Assembly (NCBI GenBank): GCA_002451795.1
Contig: DKDJ01000002.1
Span: 16,768-80,767, forward strand
Source of the DNA: Bacteroidales bacterium UBA6851
GTDB lineage: Bacteria > Bacteroidota > Bacteroidia > Bacteroidales > UBA932
Reading direction: 5' to 3'
Length of the DNA: 64,000 nt
This document shows, piece by piece, positions 10,304 through 20,531 of this stretch (position 1 is the stretch's first letter; each line of letters begins with the position of its first letter). The notes under the pieces were generated by a model. It was not told the origin of the DNA. It worked only from the letters and a program-made list of their open reading frames with translations, and made no database searches. Both the position numbers and the translations under genes were made by a program.

Positions 10304-11204
10304 TTCTATGCGTCTTCTTGTCCACTTTCATGTTTACTATCTTGATCATGTGGACTATTTTATAGGCAAGATGAGGAATATCAATTCCTGCCAGTGGGAT
10401 CTTATCGTGACTGCGCCGTATATTGACGAGGCTACTGAGAGTAAAATCAAGTCTTTCAAACCAGATGCGATTATTGAGCATGTCGACAATGAGGGCTATG
10501 ATATATGGCCGTTTATCCATGTGGTTGAGGGAATCGATCTTAGTCAATACGACTGCATCCTTAAGCTTCATACTAAAGGGTACATTCCTTTTCCAGTCCA
10601 TTTTAACGGTCTGGTACTTCGAGGGTTTATGTGGAGGGACGCACTTGTGGATGCTTTACTTGAAACGCCAGAAGTATTCCGCTCAAATCTTGAGATTTTT
10701 GCTTCGCGCCCAAATGTCGGGATGGTTTTTAGTGACAAACTCTACATCAAGTCTGACTTTCGGGAGGACGGAGTGGCATTGATTAAGGAAATGCGCCGGC
10801 TTGGTTTTCGTACATGCCATCGGCGCTTCTGTGCGGGTACCATGTTTATGGTGCGCGCAGCGGCTCTTAAGTATCTTACGGCTGAAACAGTACAGGAGAG
10901 TATGTTCCAAACACCGCTCAGGTCACATTCCAATGGCTCTATGGCTCATATATATGAGAGAATATTGACGTTAGCAGTGCTTGCACAGGGTTATAAGGTG
11001 CAGACGATAGGAGTCCCGAAGATGTACATGGCTTACTTCCGGCTTAAGCGTTGGGGGCAGCCTATACTGTCTTTCTTGCTCAGTATAGAAAGGCATGGTC
11101 CGAAGATGAGAAAATATCTTACTATACTCGGTATCCGTATCCCTCTTGATAGCGGCATCAGCCAGAAGCTTTTATCTAATCCCGACCAGGGGGAGAAGTC
11201 TTGA
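10293..11204 (+). CDS. Rhamnan synthesis F (RgpF)-family rhamnosyltransferase-like protein
   Basis: HFHVYY, N.GYDIWPF, ILKLHTK, WR..L...LL, AGTMF and AHIYER motifs typical of RgpF. Confidence 0.8.
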   Translation: MMTDSMRLLVHFHVYYLDHVDYFIGKMRNINSCQWDLIVTAPYIDEATESKIKSFKPDAIIEHVDNEGYDIWPFIHVVEGIDLSQYDCILKLHTKGYIPFPVHFNGLVLRGFMWRDALVDALLETPEVFRSNLEIFASRPNVGMVFSDKLYIKSDFREDGVALIKEMRRLGFRTCHRRFCAGTMFMVRAAALKYLTAETVQESMFQTPLRSHSNGSMAHIYERILTLAVLAQGYKVQTIGVPKMYMAYFRLKRWGQPILSFLLSIERHGPKMRKYLTILGIRIPLDSGISQKLLSNPDQGEKS

Positions 11205-12141
11205 AGTCGCATGATGCATTTGTCTCGGAATTGATAGATACTGAGACAAAAACTGTTGACCCTCTCGGAATGGACTTCACTGGGAATGTGAAAGTTCTTC
11301 TCTCTCCTTTGATTATTCCTTGTATTTCCAGGCTGGTCATGTCTGGTCCAAAAGACTCGTACTCTGTGTCGTTGGGGTAGCAGGTCATTTCTATGTTGGG
11401 CGTTTGTGCGTACATTCCTATGTCGTAAGGGAAGTCCATCCATTCTTTGCTCGATACCGTTTCCGAAGGGTAGTACTTGGTCTTTCCGAACAGTTCGGCA
11501 CTCGCGTTGATGTTGCTTAGTCGTGCTTTAGGGGACTCAAACAGTTCGTAGTTTTCCATGTTGTTGGCTATCTGGCTGATTATTATCCGGCACAAGAGTG
11601 GCTCCAGAGATAGGGATATATCTTTGCCGGATCCTGTTGCTCCCATTATCGGGTGATCCTGGTCGTCATCTTCGAAAGAGTAAGATATAAGATTGATGCT
11701 GCTATAGGATGATAATGCCTTGTCATTTAGTTTTTTTGGCGAATTTGCTATGGCTGCTATCCTTTTGGATCCGACAGGAAGTCGGAGTTCTGTATTTCCA
11801 AGATTCTCTCCTTTCTGGAAACTATGATGGATCAGGCGTCCGTTTTCGTTGTCCTCGAATATGAGCAGATCAAGACTTCGTATCGGATGCTTGCTCTCTA
11901 CGCTGAACATGAACACGGCACTGTCTACTTTTTCGCCTATGTCCCCGCTATCGTTTTTGGAAGGCCACTCTATGGTTTCTGGGGTACACGAGACCGCCGG
12001 GGCTGCCGCGCAGACTAAAAGCAAGCTGAAATAAGAGAAGATTTGTTTAAACCGACGGGGAGACAGACTGCCTCTCTCTCGAAATCGGATTTTTGTAAAT
12101 GCTCGGCTGTCCCGGCTCTCGATGTTTTCCATATTGCACAT
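11176..12141 (-). CDS. Fimbrillin (FimB/Mfa2)-like lipoprotein, orphan
   Basis: Lipobox-like AVSC after a hydrophobic stretch; LDLLIFED, IAAIAN, PIMGA, CYPN pattern of type V pilin-like folds; own -7 motif at 12156-12163 (-). Confidence 0.5.
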   Translation of the reverse strand: MCNMENIESRDSRAFTKIRFRERGSLSPRRFKQIFSYFSLLLVCAAAPAVSCTPETIEWPSKNDSGDIGEKVDSAVFMFSVESKHPIRSLDLLIFEDNENGRLIHHSFQKGENLGNTELRLPVGSKRIAAIANSPKKLNDKALSSYSSINLISYSFEDDDQDHPIMGATGSGKDISLSLEPLLCRIIISQIANNMENYELFESPKARLSNINASAELFGKTKYYPSETVSSKEWMDFPYDIGMYAQTPNIEMTCYPNDTEYESFGPDMTSLEIQGIIKGERRTFTFPVKSIPRGSTVFVSVSINSETNASCDFKTSPPGRD

Positions 12142-12243
12142 AAATTAAGTTGGTGCAAAGGTATAAGGCTCGATTGTCGCTTCCAAGATTATATAAAATA
12201 GATTCATGTCTTATTTCGTTTTCTTATGTAGTGAAAGAAAACG

Positions 12244-12278
12244 AAAAGGGCTCGACTAATAATATTTAGTCAAGCCCC
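12244..12278 (-). terminator. Terminator of the nqr operon
   Basis: GGGGCTTGACTAAA-loop-TTAGTCGAGCCC-TTTT on - strand downstream of nqrF. Confidence 0.7.
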
Positions 12279-12314
12279 GCGTTTGAAACTTTTTTGAACT
12301 ATAAGTCCTGTCTG

Positions 12315-13589
12315 TTAACCACCAAAGTTATCGTAGAGAATATTCTCCGGAGGTACTCCGAGTGAATCCAAAAGTTTATTGACAGACGCAACCATCATAG
12401 GAGGGCCGCACATGAAGTACTTGATGTCTTCTGGTGTTTCATGATCCTTGAGGTATGTTTCGTACATTACGTTGTGTACGAAACCTGCCGTATACTTGAC
12501 GCCTGCTGCATCAGCTGCGGGATCTGGACGGTCAAGGGCAAGATAGAACTTGAAGTTAGGGAACTCTTTTTCAATCTCGGCGAAGTCCTCAAGATAGAAT
12601 GCCTCGACGAGGGCACGTGCTCCGTAGAAGAAGCTGACCTTGCGTCCAGTCTTGAGGGTCTTGAAGAGCTGCATGATGTGGCTGCGAAGAGGGGCCATAC
12701 CTGCACCACCACCCACAAAGATGTACTCCACGTTATCAGGATCATTCTTAGGAAGAAGGAATTCTCCGTAAGGACCGCTGATGGTTACCTTGTCTCCTGG
12801 TTTACGTGTGAACACGTATGAAGAAGCGATACCAGGGTTTACAGGGAGAAGTTTAGGTCCCTGCTCCTTAGGTACACTGCGGTCGAACGGTGGAGTGGCA
12901 ATACGTACATTGAGTTTGATGATGCCTTTCTCTCCAGGGTAAGAGGCCATGGAGTAGGCACGGATAGTAGCGGTTGGATTGACTGACTCGAGGTTGAAGA
13001 ATCCAAATCTCTCCCAGTCTTTTCTATATTCCGGCTCCACCTCAATATCTTTGAAATAAAGGTGGTATGCTGGAATATCGATCTGGATGTATTGTCCGCT
13101 CTTGAACTCGATATGCTCTCCTTCAGGAAGTTTGACCGTGAACTCTTTGATGAAGGTTGCCACATTGTGATTGGAGATAACCTCACACTCAAGCTTCTTT
13201 ACAGAAAGTGCTGACTCGTCCATCTGGATCTTGAGGTCTTCCTTGACCTTGACCTGACATCCAAGTCTCCAGCCGGCCTTGATCTGCTTGCGGTTGAAGA
13301 ATCCTACCTCAGTAGGAAGGATCTCTCCGCCACCCTCAAGTACCTGTACCTTGCACTGTCCGCAGTTGGCTTTTCCACCGCAGGCGGAAGGAAGGAATAT
13401 CTTCTGCTCGGCAAGGGATGCCATAAGAGAGTTGCCTGGTGTGACCTCGACGGTCTTCTTGCCGTCATTGATGTCAATCTTGATTTTCCCCTTAGGAGTA
13501 ATCGCGTTCTTTACCGCGAGAAGCAGTACCACGAGGATAACTGTCACGATAAGGAGGGCGATGACTGCCGCAAAAATTGTTGAACTCAT
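12315..13589 (-). CDS. nqrF: Na+-translocating NADH:quinone reductase subunit F
   Basis: 2Fe-2S motif SACGGKANCGQC, RAYSMA FAD motif, GGGAGMAP, MCGPP, DNFGG end. Confidence 0.97.
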   Translation of the reverse strand: MSSTIFAAVIALLIVTVILVVLLLAVKNAITPKGKIKIDINDGKKTVEVTPGNSLMASLAEQKIFLPSACGGKANCGQCKVQVLEGGGEILPTEVGFFNRKQIKAGWRLGCQVKVKEDLKIQMDESALSVKKLECEVISNHNVATFIKEFTVKLPEGEHIEFKSGQYIQIDIPAYHLYFKDIEVEPEYRKDWERFGFFNLESVNPTATIRAYSMASYPGEKGIIKLNVRIATPPFDRSVPKEQGPKLLPVNPGIASSYVFTRKPGDKVTISGPYGEFLLPKNDPDNVEYIFVGGGAGMAPLRSHIMQLFKTLKTGRKVSFFYGARALVEAFYLEDFAEIEKEFPNFKFYLALDRPDPAADAAGVKYTAGFVHNVMYETYLKDHETPEDIKYFMCGPPMMVASVNKLLDSLGVPPENILYDNFGG

Positions 13590-13601
13590 ATCTTTTTCCT
13601 C

Positions 13602-14216
13602 CTAAAGTTGAATACCCATAAAAATCATGAATGCGAGACCCATCATACCCACAGTGATGAAAGTGATACCTGTGCCTTTGAGCGGCTTAGGTACATTGCT
13701 ATATGCGAGTTTCTCCCTGATGGCAGCGAGGCAGACGATGGCAAGATACCAACCGATGCCTGAACCGAGTGCGTAAACTGCTGATTCACCTACATTGGCG
13801 AAGTCCTTCTGCTGCATGAAAAGAGAGCCACCGAGGATGGCGCAGTTCACTGCGATAAGAGGGAGGAAGATTCCCAGAGAAGAGTAGAGTGACGGGAGGA
13901 ACTTCTCCACTATCATCTCGACGAGCTGTGTGAAAGCCGCAATCACGGCGATGAAGATGATAAAGCTGAGGAAACTGAGGTCCACGTCAGCAAATCCTTC
14001 TCCAAGCCAGCTCAGTGCACCTGGCTGAAGTACATAGCGGTTGAGCAGGTAGTTCAGCGGAAGGGTGCAGAGAAGCACGAAAATAACAGCAAGGCCAAGG
14101 CCATTGGCTGTCTTGACATTCTTTGATACTGCCAGGTATGAGCACATACCGAGGAAGTATGCAAAGATCATATTGTCAACAAATATTGATCTTACAAATA
14201 AGCTGATATATTCCAT
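13602..14216 (-). CDS. nqrE: NQR subunit E
   Basis: [26 protein letters not shown]; operon position. Confidence 0.96.
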   Translation of the reverse strand: MEYISLFVRSIFVDNMIFAYFLGMCSYLAVSKNVKTANGLGLAVIFVLLCTLPLNYLLNRYVLQPGALSWLGEGFADVDLSFLSFIIFIAVIAAFTQLVEMIVEKFLPSLYSSLGIFLPLIAVNCAILGGSLFMQQKDFANVGESAVYALGSGIGWYLAIVCLAAIREKLAYSNVPKPLKGTGITFITVGMMGLAFMIFMGIQL

Positions 14217-14228
14217 AAGGCTATGCTG

Positions 14229-14831
14229 TTATTTTTCCTGGAGATCCTTATCGAGAGCTCGATGTACCCAGATGATGCATCCGAGCAGAATCAGCGCAAA
14301 CGGAGGAAGGATTACAAGGTTGTTTGGAATGTATCCTGCAGGAAGTACTCTCATTCCGAGGAGTGTACCGCTTCCCAGGAGTTCGCGGAAGAAAGCCACG
14401 ATCACCAAAATGAGACCGTATCCGATACCATTGGCAAGACCGTCAAGAAGGGATGGGATAGGCTTGTTGCCAAGGGCGAAAGCCTCAATTCGTCCCATGA
14501 CGATACAGTTGGTGATGATGAGGCCGATGTATACTGACAACTGCTTGTCAATGGCGTATGCATAGGCTTTAAGTACCTGATCCACAAGAATTACCATCAT
14601 GGCCACAACCACGAGTTGCACGATGATTCGTACACGATTTGGGATTGTGTTTCTCAGAAGAGATACCACCAGGCTGGAAAGTCCAGTTACGATGGTTACA
14701 GAAAGTGCCATGACCAATGCTCCTTTGAGCTGTACGGTCACTGCAAGTGAAGAGCAGATTCCGAGCACAAGCACGGTAATCGGGTTGCCCTTCAGAATAG
14801 GATTGAGTATTGTGTCTTTAAGGTTACTCAT
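14229..14831 (-). CDS. nqrD: NQR subunit D
   Basis: VLGICSSLAVT, GLIITNCIVMGRIEAFA. Confidence 0.96.
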   Translation of the reverse strand: MSNLKDTILNPILKGNPITVLVLGICSSLAVTVQLKGALVMALSVTIVTGLSSLVVSLLRNTIPNRVRIIVQLVVVAMMVILVDQVLKAYAYAIDKQLSVYIGLIITNCIVMGRIEAFALGNKPIPSLLDGLANGIGYGLILVIVAFFRELLGSGTLLGMRVLPAGYIPNNLVILPPFALILLGCIIWVHRALDKDLQEK

Positions 14832-14834
14832 AGA

Positions 14835-15593
14835 TTATTCCTCCACCATTTCTTCTGCCGGAGCAGCGTTCTTGAGATATTCAGCATACGCCCCGACCCA
14901 TGTGTCAATGGCCTTATTGAGTCCGTTGCAGGTCATGGTTGCACCTGATATGGCGTCCACTTTGCTTTCTGACCCTTCTGGTGCTCCGCCCTTGACGATG
15001 TCAAAAGGATTTGTTACATCATCCAAGTCAAGGATTTTGCCTTCGAACTGGGCTTTGAAGCTCGGCTCGTCCTTGATTTTAGCTCCAAGTCCGGGAGTCT
15101 CGCTTTCGTGGTCAAAATACGCACCCTTGATGGTCTTGAGATCACTCTGAAGGGCAATGTATCCCCAGATTGGACCCCAGAGGCCGGCACCGTACACCGG
15201 AATAACGGTAACTCCAGATTTGAATTTGTATACTGGAAGATGTGCCTGTCCACCGGCCAGAATGGCTTTGTTTTCAGGCTTGAAGTTGTCGATGAGCTCG
15301 ATCTCGTCCTTTGCGGTCTTGAGATCCCTGACCTTCTCTCCCTTGAGGTTGATTTCGAAGGCCTCCTCGATATTGTCAGCATAGGTGCTTAGGACAGCAT
15401 CGTTGCCCATCTTGCTGAATGACTCCTTATCTCCGAGTCCTGCGGCTGTCATCATCTGGGAGAGTGTCTCTGCCTTGATGTTGGCAGTCTGTTTCGGCTT
15501 GAGGCTTGACGCTGTGAAAGCAAGAACTGCCGCAACTACTACGACAATTATTGTCGTGTAGATAACTGTATATACATTACTGTTTGTATTCAT
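14835..15593 (-). CDS. nqrC: NQR subunit C
   Basis: GAGLWGPIWG, ETPGLGA, FMN-attachment DAISGAT. Confidence 0.96.
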   Translation of the reverse strand: MNTNSNVYTVIYTTIIVVVVAAVLAFTASSLKPKQTANIKAETLSQMMTAAGLGDKESFSKMGNDAVLSTYADNIEEAFEINLKGEKVRDLKTAKDEIELIDNFKPENKAILAGGQAHLPVYKFKSGVTVIPVYGAGLWGPIWGYIALQSDLKTIKGAYFDHESETPGLGAKIKDEPSFKAQFEGKILDLDDVTNPFDIVKGGAPEGSESKVDAISGATMTCNGLNKAIDTWVGAYAEYLKNAAPAEEMVEE

Positions 15594-15595
15594 TG

Positions 15596-16711
15596 CTATG
15601 CGACTTTAAGTTTCTTGGCCTTACGTGAGAGATGCAAGCTTATTACACAGTGGTCAATAAGCGGTGCAAATGTGTTGCAGAGCAGGATGGCGAGCATCAT
15701 GCCTTCTGCATATCCCGGGTTGAAAAGACGTACGGTGATGCAGAGAGCTCCGATGAGGAATCCGTATATCCACTTTCCGCACTCCGTCTGAGCTGAAGTG
15801 ACAGGGTCGGTAGCCATGAATACTGCGCCGAAAGCGAAACCGCCATACAGAAGCTGCATATAGCAAGGGATGGATGTTACTCCAGTGAGGTCGCCGATGA
15901 GTCCGACCAGAAGGGCTCCACCTACGCATCCTGCCATCACTTTCCAGCTTGCTACACCAGTCCAAATGAGGATGATGGCTCCCAGGAGAATGGCAATTAC
16001 TGAAGTTTCACCAACTGATCCAGGAACTGTACCTATAAACATATCCCAGAATCCCGTACCATACTGTGCGCTGGCACCGTCAAGAGCCAGAGGAGTAGCA
16101 CCTGTGAATCCATCCACTACCTTGTCTGTGCTTCTGAGGGAAATCCAGCATGAAGAACCGGACATGTAGTTAGGGTAGGAGAAGAACAAGAATGCTCTGG
16201 TGAGAAGTGCCGGATTCCAGATATTCATTCCGGTGCCGCCAAAGACCTCCTTTCCGAAGATGACAGCGAACGCCACAGCGATGGCGAGCATCCAGAGAGG
16301 AATGTCTACTGGAACAATTAGTGGAATGAAGAATCCTGATACGAGATATCCCTCGCTGACTTCTTCTCCGCGAATCTGGCTCGAAGCGAATTCAATACCA
16401 AGACCGACGATGTAGGAAACCAGATAGAGAGGAAGAACTCTGAGGAAGCCATACCAGAAGTTGCCAAGAATATTGACGCCTGTCTGGCCAATGGCGAGTG
16501 AGTGCTGATAGCCGACGTTCCACATTCCGAAGAGTGCTGCCGGAGCTGCCGCAATGAGCACAATGATGAGAATACGTTTGAGATCAATCGCATCACGTAC
16601 ATGGGCACCCTTGCGGGTTACAGTTCCAGGTACGTGGAGGAATGTCTCAAAAGCGTCCACGGTTGAATGCAGCCAATAGAGTTTGCCGCCTTTTTCAAAA
16701 ATCTTGTTCAT
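15596..16711 (-). CDS. nqrB: NQR subunit B
   Basis: HVRDAIDLKR, KEVFGGTG, FMN site TGATPL, MATDPV. Confidence 0.96.
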   Translation of the reverse strand: MNKIFEKGGKLYWLHSTVDAFETFLHVPGTVTRKGAHVRDAIDLKRILIIVLIAAAPAALFGMWNVGYQHSLAIGQTGVNILGNFWYGFLRVLPLYLVSYIVGLGIEFASSQIRGEEVSEGYLVSGFFIPLIVPVDIPLWMLAIAVAFAVIFGKEVFGGTGMNIWNPALLTRAFLFFSYPNYMSGSSCWISLRSTDKVVDGFTGATPLALDGASAQYGTGFWDMFIGTVPGSVGETSVIAILLGAIILIWTGVASWKVMAGCVGGALLVGLIGDLTGVTSIPCYMQLLYGGFAFGAVFMATDPVTSAQTECGKWIYGFLIGALCITVRLFNPGYAEGMMLAILLCNTFAPLIDHCVISLHLSRKAKKLKVA

Positions 16712-16715
16712 ACCT

Positions 16716-18074
16716 TTAAGCCATTTCCTTGAGCATAAGGTCTATGCCTTGTGCGATGATGTCCTGAATATTGTTCTTGCTCGGATCGATGAACTCGCAG
16801 GTGGCGAGGTCTTCCGGGAGAACTTCATAGATGCCGAAACGCTCCATCTTGTCAATATCTCCCGCAAGGCATGCCTTTGCCAGGTAGACAGGGTAGATGT
16901 CCATAGGAAGTACTTTGGCGTAGTAGCCATCGTTCATCATGAACGCACGTACGCCACCGTGGAGGTTGGTGTCCATGTCATATTTTCTCCATGGGGTGAG
17001 CCATGAGAAGTAGCTATGGTCACGGCTATACTGCTTGTAGCGGATCGGGCGAACCCAGCCGAGAAGCTCCTCTTCGGTGCCTTCCTTGAGCAGGGTGACC
17101 TGATTGTCGAAGAATCCGAGGTAACCGTCGGCACCAGCGTTGCGTCCGCTTAGGGCATTGCCGCTGACGAACCGGAGACCTTCTGGTGCATTGCCATAGA
17201 ATGGTGCGAGATCTTTCATTGGCATTCCAGGAGTTGTAAGCACATAGGCTGGCTCGATAGCCATAGGACCGCAGACAGCTACCTTGCGGCGGACGTCATA
17301 GCGTCCTTTCGTGAAGAGTTTGCCGATGGCGGCAAGCCCTGCAAGTGAGACTGTCCATACGATGTCACCTTTCTTGATAGGAGCGATGCTTGCAATCTGT
17401 ACTCCGACATTTCCTGCCGGGTGCTTGCCCTTAAAGAAGTGAGTCTCGACATTTTGCAGTCTTGCCAATGCTGAATGTGCGTTGTCTGCACTGAGTGAAA
17501 CGTGGACTTTCCCTGATGTTAGTTTGGAAAGTGCGGTCGCGCCAGCCTGAATGGACTTGGCTTCATCAGCGTAGCAGAATTCCGTGTCGGCTGCAAGAGG
17601 TGCAGTATCGAAAGCGGAAACGAAAATGTCGCGCGGCGTATCTGCCGGGTTGGCCAGAATACCATAAGGGCGCTGTACGAGCCATGGCCAGAGACCTGCC
17701 TGGAGAATAGACTCACGTACTGCGCCTGCATTCAGACCTTCAACATCTTTCGCTCCGAAATCCACGCTTTTCTGCTCCTCGTCTGCCTCAATGAGGACTG
17801 CGAGCAACTTGCGCTTGTCTCCTCTGACGAGTTCCTTGACAGTTCCGCTTACTGGAGATGCCAAAAGGATGTCAGGGTTCTTTTTGTCCGCAATGACGGG
17901 GGAGCCGCAGAGCACTGAGTCGCCTTCCTTGACAAGGAGTCTTGGGAGAAGTCCCTTGAAGTCAGTCGGGCAGACTGCCACGATGCCTGGAGCTATCGCC
18001 TTGGAGACGCGAAGTTCTGCTTCACCCGCGATAGGGATGTTCAGACCCTTTTTCAAAACGATGTTTTTTGACAT
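16716..18074 (-). CDS. nqrA: NQR subunit A
   Basis: Starts MSKNIVLKKGLNIPI (ATG 18074); GKHPAGNVG, EDLATCEFIDPSK. Confidence 0.95.
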   Translation of the reverse strand: MSKNIVLKKGLNIPIAGEAELRVSKAIAPGIVAVCPTDFKGLLPRLLVKEGDSVLCGSPVIADKKNPDILLASPVSGTVKELVRGDKRKLLAVLIEADEEQKSVDFGAKDVEGLNAGAVRESILQAGLWPWLVQRPYGILANPADTPRDIFVSAFDTAPLAADTEFCYADEAKSIQAGATALSKLTSGKVHVSLSADNAHSALARLQNVETHFFKGKHPAGNVGVQIASIAPIKKGDIVWTVSLAGLAAIGKLFTKGRYDVRRKVAVCGPMAIEPAYVLTTPGMPMKDLAPFYGNAPEGLRFVSGNALSGRNAGADGYLGFFDNQVTLLKEGTEEELLGWVRPIRYKQYSRDHSYFSWLTPWRKYDMDTNLHGGVRAFMMNDGYYAKVLPMDIYPVYLAKACLAGDIDKMERFGIYEVLPEDLATCEFIDPSKNNIQDIIAQGIDLMLKEMA

Positions 18075-18148
18075 TGAATATAACGTTATTATGATTTGCC
18101 AAAATTGCGATGCGAAGATACTCATTTTTTTCGTAATTTCGCGCTATT

Positions 18149-20518
18149 ATGAGCGATAAAGTGAGTGCTGTTCTCGATGGATTGAACGAAGAACAGAAAA
18201 AAGCGGTCAGTTGCACGGAGGGTCCGGTGCTGATAGTTGCCGGTGCCGGTTCTGGAAAGACCAGGGTGCTGACGAGCAGGATTGCATATATTCTTAGCCA
18301 GGGAACCGAGCCGTCAAGGGTCCTTGCCTTGACTTTTACCAAGAAGGCGGCGGGGGAAATGAAGGAGCGCATTGCCGGTCTGGTGGGATCAAAACCCGCA
18401 AGGCATCTTGTCATGGGAACATTCCATGCGGTATTCGTGCGTTTCCTTAGAGAGTATGCATCATTTCTTGGCTATCCGGAAAATTTTACCATATACGATA
18501 CTTCAGATTCCCAGAGTGCGGTGAAGGCATGTGTCAAGGAACTTGGGCTGGATGACAAAATATATAAGCCAAAGGATGTCCTTTCCAGGATTTCTTCTGC
18601 CAAAAACAACCTTATCACTGTCTCTGCATACAGGGCTAACCATGATATGATGATGGCGGATGCAAGATCCAAGAAGCCTCGTATGAGTGATCTTTATGAC
18701 TTGTATCAGAAGAAGTTGAAGCAGAGTGGAGTAATGGATTTTGATGACATACTCCTGAATATGAACATTCTCCTCAAGGACAACCGTGAGGCCCTACTCT
18801 CCATAGCCGACAGGTTCTCGTACATCATGGTGGATGAGTACCAGGACACCAACAGGTCTCAGTATATTATCCTGCGTAAACTTGCCCAGTTCCATCAGAA
18901 TATCTGCGTGGTCGGGGACGACAGCCAGTCTATCTATGCTTTCCGCGGTGCCAGAATTGAAAATATATTGAATTTCAAGCGTGACTACCCGACTTGCAAG
19001 GTCTTTAGACTTGAACTCAATTATCGCTCTACCAAGACTATAGTTGACGCTGCCAATTCACTGATAGATCACAACAAGAGCCGAATCCCTAAAGTGTGCT
19101 ACTCGCAAGGTGAGCAGGGGGAGAAAATCCGGCTGTTGAGGAGCTGGTCCGAGACGGGTGAGGCAGAGTCAATAGTTTCTGATATCATAGGTCGTATGCG
19201 AGCCGATCATGCACAGTATCAGGATTTTGCGATTCTCTATCGTACCAATTCCCAGTCCCGAGCAATAGAAGAGCAACTTCGCCGCCGCAATATTCCTTAT
19301 ATGATATACTCCGGCAACTCGTTCTTCGATAGGGCGGAAATCAAGGATATGATGGCGTATTTCAAACTGTGTGTCAACCCCTACGATGACGAGTCTTTCA
19401 AGCGTGTGGTAAATAAGCCTGCGAGAGGAATTGGCGCTACGACACTTCAGTCGCTTGAGCAGCTTGCGCGCGAACGCGGCACAAGCCTTTTTAAGGTTGG
19501 GCTTAATGTGCCTAAAGTCAAGCCTTTCTGTGATATGATAGAGAAGTTGGCGGTTCTTGTAAAGAGCACTGATGCATTCGATTTGGCCAGAAGAATAGCC
19601 GATGATAGCGGACTGTATGCTTTCTTGAAGTCGGATAGCTCCATTGAAGGCCAGTCAAGGGTTTCTAATTTGGACGAACTTATCAATTCTGTGGCTGTGT
19701 TTGTCGAAGAGCGGCAGCAGGAGGCGGAAGAGTCTGGTGAAGACTATAGCGGTGCTATATTTACGCTGGATGATTTCCTTGAAAATGTCTCCTTGCTTAG
19801 CAATGTGGATGTAAGTGAGGATGAGGACACCAATAATAAGGTTTCCATGATGACTGTGCACTCTTCCAAGGGGCTTGAGTATCCGTATGTCTATATTGCC
19901 GGTCTTGAGGAGAATCTTTTTCCAAGCCTATCCATGCTCAGCAGCGAGCAGGATGTGGAGGAGGAGAGACGTCTGTGCTATGTGGCTGTGACAAGGGCGC
20001 GGAAGGCTGTTACGCTTTCTTTCTCTAACTCAAGAATGCGTAATGGAAAGCATGAGTCCAACTCGCCGTCGCGATTTATAAAGGAGATAGATCCTTCGTA
20101 CATTGAAAATCCTCTCTCAAGGGAAGAACTGAATTCTATGGATGATGCTGGCTGGGGTGGTTTTTCAGGAAGGACTGCACTTCCTGGTGGATTCCGCTCT
20201 ACTTACGGGACATCTGGACCAGCAAGGACGGTTTCTTCCGCTTCTCGTCCGTCTTTCCCAGTGCCGAAGTCTTCTTCTTCATCTCCAGTGCGCCCTTCCG
20301 CTCCTGCCGGGAGTCAGAGGCGTGCAGATCTCAATTTTGAGGGCGTCCCGATGACGGAACTTAAGGTTGGAGAGCGTGTGGAGCACAATAGGTTTGGGGC
20401 CGGGGTCATACTCTCCCTTTCAGGGAGTGCTCCGGATATGAAAGCGAGAATCTGTTTTGATGAATATGGGGAGAAGCTTCTTCTTCTGAGTTTTGCAAAA
20501 CTACGTCCGTTGGAATAA
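18149..20518 (+). CDS. pcrA: ATP-dependent DNA helicase UvrD/PcrA
   Basis: AGAGSGKT, DEYQDTN, VGDDSQSIY, TVHSSKGLE, EERRLCYVAVTRA, C-terminal Tudor-like GERVEHNRFG. Confidence 0.93.
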   Translation: MSDKVSAVLDGLNEEQKKAVSCTEGPVLIVAGAGSGKTRVLTSRIAYILSQGTEPSRVLALTFTKKAAGEMKERIAGLVGSKPARHLVMGTFHAVFVRFLREYASFLGYPENFTIYDTSDSQSAVKACVKELGLDDKIYKPKDVLSRISSAKNNLITVSAYRANHDMMMADARSKKPRMSDLYDLYQKKLKQSGVMDFDDILLNMNILLKDNREALLSIADRFSYIMVDEYQDTNRSQYIILRKLAQFHQNICVVGDDSQSIYAFRGARIENILNFKRDYPTCKVFRLELNYRSTKTIVDAANSLIDHNKSRIPKVCYSQGEQGEKIRLLRSWSETGEAESIVSDIIGRMRADHAQYQDFAILYRTNSQSRAIEEQLRRRNIPYMIYSGNSFFDRAEIKDMMAYFKLCVNPYDDESFKRVVNKPARGIGATTLQSLEQLARERGTSLFKVGLNVPKVKPFCDMIEKLAVLVKSTDAFDLARRIADDSGLYAFLKSDSSIEGQSRVSNLDELINSVAVFVEERQQEAEESGEDYSGAIFTLDDFLENVSLLSNVDVSEDEDTNNKVSMMTVHSSKGLEYPYVYIAGLEENLFPSLSMLSSEQDVEEERRLCYVAVTRARKAVTLSFSNSRMRNGKHESNSPSRFIKEIDPSYIENPLSREELNSMDDAGWGGFSGRTALPGGFRSTYGTSGPARTVSSASRPSFPVPKSSSSSPVRPSAPAGSQRRADLNFEGVPMTELKVGERVEHNRFGAGVILSLSGSAPDMKARICFDEYGEKLLLLSFAKLRPLE

Positions 20519-20531
20519 AACTAATACCAAT

